The position numbers and the translations under genes were made by a program. A stretch of 64,000 nucleotides of DNA from Candidatus Nanoarchaeia archaeon (GTDB lineage: Archaea > Nanobdellota > Nanobdellia > Pacearchaeales > GW2011-AR1). The notes beneath the pieces were generated by a model. The model did no database searches. It was not told the DNA's origin and was given only the letters and a program-made list of their open reading frames with translations. Position 1 is the first letter of the stretch; every line of letters starts with the position of its first letter. The stretch is taken from NCBI GenBank assembly GCA_028713045.1, contig JAQTOY010000001.1, forward strand, positions 1,523-65,522, in the 5' to 3' direction. Below are positions 51,066 to 59,055 of this stretch, piece by piece.

Positions 51066-51156
51066 TTTATTTTTTACAAGACTAATTAAGAGAACTATTT
51101 TGCCCTCCCAATTAAGGTCATTGGATAATATCTATGAATAAAAAGGGTTTATAAAA

Positions 51157-51996
51157 CTATCTGCTTTGTTGAATTTCTTCAAAATTCTCTTTATACCATT
51201 TAAAAGTCTTTTTAACTCCATCTTCGATGCTGTTTCTTGGATTAAAACCTAATTTTACCATTGCAGAAATGTCCAATTCAACTTCTTGGGGTTGGGCTAT
51301 TTCAGGTTCATAAAAATTCCTCTTTCCTCTCCCTGCTAACTGAATAATTAAATCTGCAACATAGACTAATTTAGTCCCTGTTCCAGAAGAAATATCAAAG
51401 GATTTATTTTTTTCTTTCATTGCTATTAAAAATCCATCTATGAAATCATCAATATAAGTGAAATCCAGGGTTTTGTTTTCATCTCCATATATCTTTAATT
51501 CTTCGTCCCTTAAAGCATTTAAAATCCAAATATCTATAAGTCGTTTTGTTTTATCATTGAAAGGGCCATAAACAGTTGAGGGTCTTATAATAACATAATC
51601 CATTCCGTAACATTGAGAATAGCCCTTAACAAGTTCTTCCCCGTATATTTTGCTGGCGGTATATGGATTCTTTTCCTTGCTCAATATTCTGGATGATGAT
51701 GTGAAAATAATCTTTGGTATTTTATTCCTTTTGCAAAATTCCATAATCTTCTCTATTCCTCTAGAGTTATTTTCAAAAGTAAAATCCGGATTTTCTATTA
51801 TCTTATTGATTTTGCAGAAAGAAGCTAGATGAATAAGAACATCAGGCCTTTCTTTTAATTCATATTTGTCAAGATCTAAAATATTCATTCCTTCTCTAGC
51901 ATCAATCAATAATGCAGGTTCATCTCCTCTTTCAATCAGTTTTTTAAGCAAAAAACTTCCAATCAGTCCTTTATGTCCAGTCATCACAAATTTCAT
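51157..51996 (-). CDS. NAD-dependent epimerase/dehydratase
   Basis: TGHKGLIG, Y.ASK, VYGP, DF.YIDD. Confidence 0.9.
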   Translation of the reverse strand: MKFVMTGHKGLIGSFLLKKLIERGDEPALLIDAREGMNILDLDKYELKERPDVLIHLASFCKINKIIENPDFTFENNSRGIEKIMEFCKRNKIPKIIFTSSSRILSKEKNPYTASKIYGEELVKGYSQCYGMDYVIIRPSTVYGPFNDKTKRLIDIWILNALRDEELKIYGDENKTLDFTYIDDFIDGFLIAMKEKNKSFDISSGTGTKLVYVADLIIQLAGRGKRNFYEPEIAQPQEVELDISAMVKLGFNPRNSIEDGVKKTFKWYKENFEEIQQSR

Positions 51997-52042
51997 AATC
52001 TAAGAATATAAACGCTTAATTTAAATATTTATGTGATACTAA

Positions 52043-53020
52043 TCATTTCCAATTTACTTCCACCATATCAGTCCTTTCTCTTGGATTAATATCTAAATTC
52101 TTGAAGTTTTTTACATCAACTTTTATTCCATAATTAAACATTATTTCTCCTAAGTAAGCTATCATGGCTCCATTGTCAACAAGCAAAGAGTTTGGCGGAC
52201 AGAAAAAATTGCATCCTCTTTCACTGCACATTATCCGGCACATCTCTTGCAACCGGGTATTGCAGGCGACACCCCCTCCTAATAAAAGCTCTTTTTTTCC
52301 AGTATGAGCTAATGCTCTTTCACTTGCTTCTATCAACATTGCAAATGCAGTCTCCTGTAGAGAATAGCATAGGTCATTGACAGATGTTTTTTTATCATAT
52401 TTTTGTTTTAGATTTGTGAGTAAGCCGGAAAAAGCAACATCCATGCCTTTTATTGAATAGGGTATTTCAATATATTTACCTGATTTTGCTAACTCCATAA
52501 TTTTAGGTCCTCCTGGAAAGCCTAATCCAATGTGTCTTGCAAAATTATCAATAAAATTTCCAATTCCAATATCAAGGGTTTCACCAAAGACTCTGTATTT
52601 TCCAGCAGCATAGGCTATTATCTGGGTGTTTGCTCCAGAAGCATAAAGGAGAACGGGATCTTTTGCTCCTGTAATTCTTCCAATTTCAAGATGTGCAATA
52701 CAATGGTTTATAGGAATAATTGGAACATTTAAATCAGTTGCTTTTTTCTTTGCAAATTTCATTCCTTCAAGAAGGCAAGGAGCTAAACCAGGGGCCTGTG
52801 ATATCGCAATTGCACAAATGTCTTTTTCATTTATTTTGGCTTCTGCCAAGGCTTTTTCATATACTTTTTCAGCGCAATCATGATGATGTTTTGCGCTTTC
52901 CATTGGAATAATCCCTCCTTTTTCAGTGGTATAGCTATCTTTCACATTACAAAGAATTTTACTTTCTTTAACAATTCCTATTCCAAAAGTGTGTGCTGTT
53001 GATTCTATGCCTAGTATCAT
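52043..53020 (-). CDS. kae1: KEOPS t6A synthase Kae1
   Basis: GIESTAHT, GPGL-like APGL, HC.AH.E, SGANT, GET.D, DNGAMIA. Confidence 0.96.
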   Translation of the reverse strand: MILGIESTAHTFGIGIVKESKILCNVKDSYTTEKGGIIPMESAKHHHDCAEKVYEKALAEAKINEKDICAIAISQAPGLAPCLLEGMKFAKKKATDLNVPIIPINHCIAHLEIGRITGAKDPVLLYASGANTQIIAYAAGKYRVFGETLDIGIGNFIDNFARHIGLGFPGGPKIMELAKSGKYIEIPYSIKGMDVAFSGLLTNLKQKYDKKTSVNDLCYSLQETAFAMLIEASERALAHTGKKELLLGGGVACNTRLQEMCRIMCSERGCNFFCPPNSLLVDNGAMIAYLGEIMFNYGIKVDVKNFKNLDINPRERTDMVEVNWK

Positions 53021-53072
53021 CGTAAGAATTAGAATTAAAGTTTATTAAAGATTATGGTTAATAGATTTAATC

Positions 53073-53276
53073 TTAATGAGGTCTGTAAAGAATTCCTTGA
53101 TTATTTGAAGTAGATTCATAAGCAAATAAAGGCCTTCCCTCTTCTTCAGCAGCAGCCTCATTTGAACATGCAGGCTCAGATCTTCCATGATTCCATCTTT
53201 TTCTTGCTCTCGCCACCATTCTTACAAGAGAACCTTCTTGAAGACATTGATTTAATAAATTTTCAAACTCATCCAT
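53073..53276 (-). CDS. small hypothetical protein
   Basis: 67-aa ORF with upstream TATA-like box. Confidence 0.4.
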   Translation of the reverse strand: MDEFENLLNQCLQEGSLVRMVARARKRWNHGRSEPACSNEAAAEEEGRPLFAYESTSNNQGILYRPH

Positions 53277-53329
53277 AATTAATCAGACTCTTTAATTATT
53301 TATATAGTTTTATATTTTAAAAAGTATAT

Positions 53330-54067
53330 TTATTCGCTCCAAATTCTATTTGCCTCATTATAGGCATCTATTGTTCCAATATCATATAATCTGCCTTCAA
53401 ATAAACACCCATGAACTTCATCATTCTCACAAAAATGTTTTATAAGATTGCCAATTTTATCAACATCTTTCCCAGATTTTTTATATTCTGAAATTTTTGG
53501 AACTTTTTCTCTTGGGAATATATACACCCCTATACTTTTGATGTTGGATTCCGGGTTTTCTGGTTTTTCTTCAAAAGCCATAATCCTTGAACCAGATATT
53601 TTGACAACTCCGTGCCTTTTTATTTTTTCTTTGTCATTTTCAAGAAATATTCCATTCACAATTTTTTTTCTTTCATTGAAGATATCTATTGCTTGATTTA
53701 ATGAAAAATCAAAAAGATTATCGGTATTCAAGACTATTATATCATCATCTACTTCTGCTTTTTCCAATCCATATATGAGATCTCCAACAGTTCCAAGCTT
53801 TTCAGTTTCATCATTTGTCGTGTCATTTAAAATTTCTATCTTTTTAGAAAATTTTCCCTTATTTTCTGTATTCCATTTTATAAACTGATTATAAAACTTG
53901 TTATTTGAGACTATTATTATTCTATCTACCTGGTTTATATCTTCTATTTTTTTTATTACATATTCAATTATTGGCTTTTCTTTAACCTTCAACAGAGCCT
54001 TGGGCTTATCCAATGTCAAAGGATACATTCTTACCGCATAGCCTGCAGAAATTAACATTGCTTTCAT
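53330..54067 (-). CDS. sugar-phosphate nucleotidyltransferase
   Basis: AGYA.RM.PLT...PK.LL, F.EKP, DIGT. Confidence 0.9.
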   Translation of the reverse strand: MKAMLISAGYAVRMYPLTLDKPKALLKVKEKPIIEYVIKKIEDINQVDRIIIVSNNKFYNQFIKWNTENKGKFSKKIEILNDTTNDETEKLGTVGDLIYGLEKAEVDDDIIVLNTDNLFDFSLNQAIDIFNERKKIVNGIFLENDKEKIKRHGVVKISGSRIMAFEEKPENPESNIKSIGVYIFPREKVPKISEYKKSGKDVDKIGNLIKHFCENDEVHGCLFEGRLYDIGTIDAYNEANRIWSE

Positions 54068-54351
54068 AAGATTATATAAAACGCATTATATTTAAATATA
54101 CTAAGCAAAAAAAGATAACTACCCTCTTTAGGATATAGATTATTTTACCTCTTTTTTAGCTTGGTATCCTAAAAATAAGTGCCTGTAATGAACTCGTACT
54201 TAAAACTGCGGGTGGCACATTGTTTTTTTGATATACGAAAATTACCCGAACAAAATTTAATAACATAAAAAATTATTAAAAATAAAAAATAGAAAATATC
54301 ACCTCTCTATCCCCAGAAGATATGAATATAATTTTTCAACCTTCTCAAAAA

Positions 54352-54474
54352 TTATCTTTTTTTCTTTTTTCCGCCTCTTGCCATCTTTGCCTCGCAAACA
54401 TTTCCTTTACCATCTACATAGTAAAGATATCCTGGCTTTCTTTTAACAGCGTTTTTTACAATAACTGATCCCAT
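54352..54474 (-). CDS. 40-aa basic protein, absent from ORF track
   Basis: MGSVIVKNAVKRKPGYLYYVDGKGNVCEAKMARGGKKKKR; strong SD AAGGAGGT. Confidence 0.85.
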   Translation of the reverse strand: MGSVIVKNAVKRKPGYLYYVDGKGNVCEAKMARGGKKKKR

Positions 54475-54599
54475 ATTAACCTCCTTTATGTTTGATTATG
54501 AAATAATTAAATTTATTTAATCGAATATAATTATATTAAAATACATAATTAAGTATTTAAACCTTTCTAATCACCGACGGCAAAATTTTCCGTCGAGTG

Positions 54600-54932
54600 T
54601 TACTTTTGAATTAATACTTTTAGCAGGCCAAAATTCACGTCTCCCTCTGGAATTTCCAGAAGTTTGTTGAATTTTTCTTTTGGTTTTAAAGAAATCTTCC
54701 AAGGTTTCACGTACCTAATATCAATAATTTTTTTTTCGTCAAACCAAATCGCAATGAAGGGAATGCAAAAAAAAGAATGTATCGCCTGCCTGTTCAATTT
54801 ATCAAACAAAAAAAGCAAGGGCTTGCTTTTTTTTCTGAACATAATCCCTCTTGCCCTTGAAAAATAATTATCACAAATTTCTGCATCAATATTAAAGTTT
54901 TTTCCTTTGTAATTGAAATTAAATTGAGCCAT
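54600..54932 (-). CDS. DUF192 family protein
   Basis: R..G.MF, IHSFF, KPW, LEIP; start ATG 54932. Confidence 0.8.
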   Translation of the reverse strand: MAQFNFNYKGKNFNIDAEICDNYFSRARGIMFRKKSKPLLFLFDKLNRQAIHSFFCIPFIAIWFDEKKIIDIRYVKPWKISLKPKEKFNKLLEIPEGDVNFGLLKVLIQK

Positions 54933-54972
54933 TTTTATATAGTTTTTTAAATTAAATATTATTATTAAACTT

Positions 54973-55434
54973 ATGGAAAATAAAAAAATAATTGTAAAAG
55001 AAACAAAAGATATGGGCAATGGAGTACTGGCTATTGATAATATAAAAAAAGGAGAGATAATCGTAGACTTTTCTGATGGAATAATTTATCAAGCAGAAAG
55101 AGCATCAGAACTTCCAGATGCTGTTAGAAATCACGCCATTCAGTTTGAAGAAAATAAATGGATAGATACCACCGGAATTGGAAGATATTTTAATCATTCA
55201 TGTGAACCAAACTGCGGTATTAAAGGTAAATTTCAAATTGTTGCTATGAGGGATATAGGTAAAGGAGAATGGCTAACTTTTGATTATGAGATGACTGAAA
55301 ATTCAGATTGGAGAATAGAATGCAAATGCAATTCAAAATCCTGCAGAAGATTAATTGGAGCTTACAAAAATATGCCTTCAAATCTTAAAAAAAGATATAA
55401 GGATTATACTTCTCAATACTTAATTAACAATTAA
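54973..55434 (+). CDS. SET-domain lysine methyltransferase with post-SET Cys
   Basis: G.GV.A...I.KGE, NHSCEPN, RDI..GE.LT.DY, CKC.S..CR. Confidence 0.93.
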   Translation: MENKKIIVKETKDMGNGVLAIDNIKKGEIIVDFSDGIIYQAERASELPDAVRNHAIQFEENKWIDTTGIGRYFNHSCEPNCGIKGKFQIVAMRDIGKGEWLTFDYEMTENSDWRIECKCNSKSCRRLIGAYKNMPSNLKKRYKDYTSQYLINN

Positions 55435-55437
55435 AGA

Positions 55438-55917
55438 TCAGAACCACCATTTCTTTTTTAGAGTTTCCATTTCAACCCTTTCAGAAACTTCCCTGGCTTT
55501 TTCAGAGCCCTCTCCATTCAATATTGAATTGACAAAACCTTCCTTTTTCTTTAAATTTATATATTTCTGGAACATTATTTCAACATTCTTTTCATGCACA
55601 ACGTCGTGATGGATGAAACCCCCTCCGAAAGTTTTGGGAATGTGCATAAGCTCATGAATTAAAGTTTTAGTTTTTTCAATTTCAGTCATTTTGTCAAATC
55701 TTCTTGAGATGACTTCAATAACATAAAATCCCTTTCTTCCCAAGGCCAATTGCATTGCTTTCCCAAGTGCATGGCATCTTGCTATTGTGCCTCTTGATGA
55801 ACTTCCATGGCTTCTTAAACATACAACAGAATCAAGTTTTACATGAGGAAACAGCAATTCTGCTATTTCATTAACCTGCTGCTGCAAATCTTCTGCTAAT
55901 TCATATTGAATTCCCAT
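55438..55917 (-). CDS. putative zinc metallopeptidase
   Basis: ARC, YVIEV....FD, HELMHIP..F.G; start ATG 55917. Confidence 0.8.
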   Translation of the reverse strand: MGIQYELAEDLQQQVNEIAELLFPHVKLDSVVCLRSHGSSSRGTIARCHALGKAMQLALGRKGFYVIEVISRRFDKMTEIEKTKTLIHELMHIPKTFGGGFIHHDVVHEKNVEIMFQKYINLKKKEGFVNSILNGEGSEKAREVSERVEMETLKKKWWF

Positions 55918-55962
55918 TTTATCAACTTTTTTAAACCTTATATTAATCAATAATTTAAAAAT

Positions 55963-56388
55963 CTATTGGGAGAGAGGTGGAGGATCGCCTCGCTTCCACC
56001 AGTCATCAGTATAATCTTCAACGTCATCATATTCATCTTCACATGCAGATTCTAGTTCATTTACTTCATCAAATTCGTCTTCGCAATATCTAAAAATAGA
56101 TTCCGATACTTTGAGAATTTTTTCCATTTTTTTCCCTTTAGAACAAAGTTTTCTTAATTTTTTTAGCCTTTTATCAGGTATATCTACAACATAAACATCC
56201 CAGTTTCTCTCTTCGAGTATTTCTCTGCTTATTTTTCCTTCCTTTAGTAATAAGGTCATTCTAGCTAAAAAACTAGGATCAAAGCGAAAATTTACTTCAT
56301 TGCGGGTTAAGGAGTCATATGCAAATAAATTAAATGGCACATATAAAAAATATCTACCAGTATTGCTTTCACAAAAATATCCGCGCAT
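55963..56388 (-). CDS. hypothetical protein with acidic tail
   Basis: 141-aa ORF. Confidence 0.55.
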   Translation of the reverse strand: MRGYFCESNTGRYFLYVPFNLFAYDSLTRNEVNFRFDPSFLARMTLLLKEGKISREILEERNWDVYVVDIPDKRLKKLRKLCSKGKKMEKILKVSESIFRYCEDEFDEVNELESACEDEYDDVEDYTDDWWKRGDPPPLSQ

Positions 56389-56396
56389 GTTTATTT

Positions 56397-56609
56397 TTAT
56401 TGATTTATTTCAATAATCTTATTCCTACTTCTAGCCCCTTTAATAATATTTATATTTTTTTTGAAATAATCTTTTAATAGCTTCAAGAGTTCTATATTCG
56501 CTCGATTATCTTCTGGAGATTTTTTCAGATAAACCTTATATTCAGCTTCAGAGATTTTTATTATCTCCTCTCTGCCAGATTTTGGGAAAACTTTTATTTT
56601 AATTATCAT
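56397..56609 (-). CDS. DUF167 (YggU) family protein
   Basis: V.P.S, P....AN..L...L..YF, I.KG..SR.K. Confidence 0.88.
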   Translation of the reverse strand: MIIKIKVFPKSGREEIIKISEAEYKVYLKKSPEDNRANIELLKLLKDYFKKNINIIKGARSRNKIIEINQ

Positions 56610-57475
56610 AACAATCTCTTATATTTTTCCAAATTTTTTAAAACTTTTTCAGGGGTTAATTTTTGCAACTTTTTTACAGTATCTTTCTTGTTTAAATCTT
56701 CAATTGAAACAGGAACACAGAGCCCGTCATAAGTCTGCCAGTCTTTGATATGCAATGAAAAAGGGGTTCTGGCTAATTTTCCAGATGGAGTATTGGAACT
56801 ATCTAAAATAATGAATTTTTCAGATTTTTCATGTCCTGCTGAAACAGGAATGTTAGTTTCATTTGTTATTTCTTCAGCCCATTTCGTTATGAAACTTTTT
56901 TCTTTCCTCATCCCGTAGGAAAGATATTTATTGTAAAAATTCAGATTGATTCTTTTATTTAGTAATATAATAATATGAAAACTCCCTCCAGTCCATAGAA
57001 CAATTGTTTTTTTGATCCTAATCTTTTGATTAAAATCTCTGTCTTTTTTAATCAAATTAATAAGATTTAATGCAACAATTCCTGCTTCTTCTGGGCTATG
57101 TTTTTTCCTGTCAATATCAATAAAAATCCTTTCAATTGGTTTTCCAACTCTTTCACCATTGGTTGCGTAAAAAAACTGAACAAATTTTCTTGGAACGAAA
57201 TACTCCCAAATAAGAATCTGCTTTTCATTAAGCCTATTTTTAACATCTTTCAGGTGATTTTTTCTCAGAGATAGCATTTTTGAATCAATAGATGAAAAAT
57301 CCGCTATAAAAATTGGTTTTTTATTTGAACCCCTGTTCAAAAAGAATAACTTTTCAAGATGGACTTTTGAAGCAAGAGGTTTGTTTTTCAAAAACCCAGC
57401 AAGAGCAGGTGAAACTTTGGAATAATATGGTAAAACATCCAGCTCTCCGGTCACATATAATATCCCCTTTTTCAT
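56606..57475 (-). CDS. archaeo-eukaryotic primase / LigD Pol-like protein
   Basis: FIDID, TGG.SFH, LD, PFS, VP....L. Confidence 0.7.
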   Translation of the reverse strand: MKKGILYVTGELDVLPYYSKVSPALAGFLKNKPLASKVHLEKLFFLNRGSNKKPIFIADFSSIDSKMLSLRKNHLKDVKNRLNEKQILIWEYFVPRKFVQFFYATNGERVGKPIERIFIDIDRKKHSPEEAGIVALNLINLIKKDRDFNQKIRIKKTIVLWTGGSFHIIILLNKRINLNFYNKYLSYGMRKEKSFITKWAEEITNETNIPVSAGHEKSEKFIILDSSNTPSGKLARTPFSLHIKDWQTYDGLCVPVSIEDLNKKDTVKKLQKLTPEKVLKNLEKYKRLL

Positions 57476-57525
57476 TGATTATAAAGGATAAAAATCTATT
57501 TAAAACTTGTTTAATTTATAAGATT

Positions 57526-58080
57526 ATGAAAGTTTATTTAGTACATGGATGGGGAGGAAGTTCAAAAAGTGAGGGATGGTTTGATTGGCTTAAAAAAGAA
57601 TTATCTACGAATAATATTGATTTTAAATTTTTTGATATGCCTAATACTAATTATCCTAAAATAAACGAGTGGGTTGAATTTTTACAAAAAAATATTAAAG
57701 ATATTGATAATGAAACTTATTTAATCGGGCATAGTATAGGTTGTCAAACAATTATGAGATATTTAGAGGATCTTCCTGAAAATCTTAGGTTTAGGGGCGT
57801 TATTTTTGTAGCAGGATGGTTTAATCTAATAAATTTAGAGACTGAAAAAGAAAAAGAAATAGCAAAACCTTGGTTAGAAACCCTGCTAAATCATAATAGG
57901 ATAAAAAAACATTGTAATAACTTTTTATCTATTTTTTCAGATAATGATGAATGGGTTCCATTATCCGATTCCGAACTGTTCAAGGACCGGCTAAATTCAA
58001 AGATAATAATCAAGCATAATGAAGGTCATTTTAATGAAACTAAGGAAATAAGGGAGATAATGTATTTTATTAAACAATGA
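57526..58080 (+). CDS. RBBP9/YdeN alpha/beta hydrolase
   Basis: VHGWGG, GHSIG, SDND..VP, GHF; start ATG 57526. Confidence 0.92.
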   Translation: MKVYLVHGWGGSSKSEGWFDWLKKELSTNNIDFKFFDMPNTNYPKINEWVEFLQKNIKDIDNETYLIGHSIGCQTIMRYLEDLPENLRFRGVIFVAGWFNLINLETEKEKEIAKPWLETLLNHNRIKKHCNNFLSIFSDNDEWVPLSDSELFKDRLNSKIIIKHNEGHFNETKEIREIMYFIKQ

Positions 58081-58298
58081 ATAAATTAAGTTCTATTTTT
58101 AAAAATCAAAACTTTTACATAGCAGTGATTTCCCTAGTCATATTTTTATTTACATTAATAAAATATCTTCCATTGGTAATTTTAGGAGTATCTATTGGGG
58201 AGGATATGGCAACGCCAATAATAGTTTTAGTCCTATTGGGTTCTTTAGTTTCTTTAATAATCTCATTAAAGAATATAAATGCGAATAATCATCTTTAA
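58077..58298 (+). CDS. small 2-TM membrane protein
   Basis: ATGA overlap with the hydrolase stop, hydrophobic. Confidence 0.55.
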   Translation: MNKLSSIFKNQNFYIAVISLVIFLFTLIKYLPLVILGVSIGEDMATPIIVLVLLGSLVSLIISLKNINANNHL

Positions 58299-58322
58299 AA
58301 ACTAGGGGCATTATTTATTAAA

Positions 58323-58937
58323 ATGAAACTAATATTTATCGGTCCTCAAGGTTCTGGCAAGGGAACTCAGGCAGAAATAATCTCCGAGGAACTTGGTATT
58401 CCGCATATTTCAACTGGAGATTTATTCAGGGAAGCTGAAGGCGAAGTAAAAGGACAGGTTGATTTATATATGCAGTCTGGAAAATTAGTTCCAGATGAAC
58501 TTACCTTAAAAATATTGAAACAAAGGATTTCCCAGCCGGACTGCAAAAAAGGTTTTATACTTGATGGTTTTCCAAGAAATATAAATCAGGTAAACCTGTT
58601 AAAAACAATAACAGAGATAGATAAGGTAATTGAAATAACTCTTTCAGATTTTGAAGCATTAAAAAGGCTTGAAGGCAGAGTCAGTTGTGAGAAATGCAAA
58701 GAAGGATACAATCTTTTTACAGAGCCAAAGCCAAAAAACCCACTTCATTGCGACTTATGCGGAGGAAGGTTGGTCAGAAGAGATGATGATAATGAGCAGG
58801 CAATAAAAAAAAGATTAGAGATTTATCATAAGGAAACAGAACCAATCTTAAATGAGTATAAGGATATTTTGATAAAAATCAATGGCGAGCAGAACATTGA
58901 GAAGATAACTCAAGATATTTTGAAGGCTTTAAGATAA
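58323..58937 (+). CDS. adk: adenylate kinase (bacterial type, Zn LID)
   Basis: GPQGSGKGTQA, STGDLFR, LDGFPR, CxxC..CxxC, RDDD. Confidence 0.96.
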   Translation: MKLIFIGPQGSGKGTQAEIISEELGIPHISTGDLFREAEGEVKGQVDLYMQSGKLVPDELTLKILKQRISQPDCKKGFILDGFPRNINQVNLLKTITEIDKVIEITLSDFEALKRLEGRVSCEKCKEGYNLFTEPKPKNPLHCDLCGGRLVRRDDDNEQAIKKRLEIYHKETEPILNEYKDILIKINGEQNIEKITQDILKALR

Positions 58938-59055
58938 CTTGTGGTAATTTATTACTAAGAATATATCATTAATGTTATGCAGTAAGAGATTTGGATAATA
59001 AAGCGAGAGATGTTTCAATCATAGACAATTTGTTCCAAACCTGGGTAATGAAAGA

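Noticed and set aside
57313..57525. 71-aa extension of the alpha/beta hydrolase
   Set aside because: It overlaps the opposite-strand AEP gene, and the family fold begins at ATG 57526
59012..59040. GTTTCAATC, resembling a CRISPR repeat end
   Set aside because: Single occurrence, no repeat-spacer periodicity and no cas genes in the window
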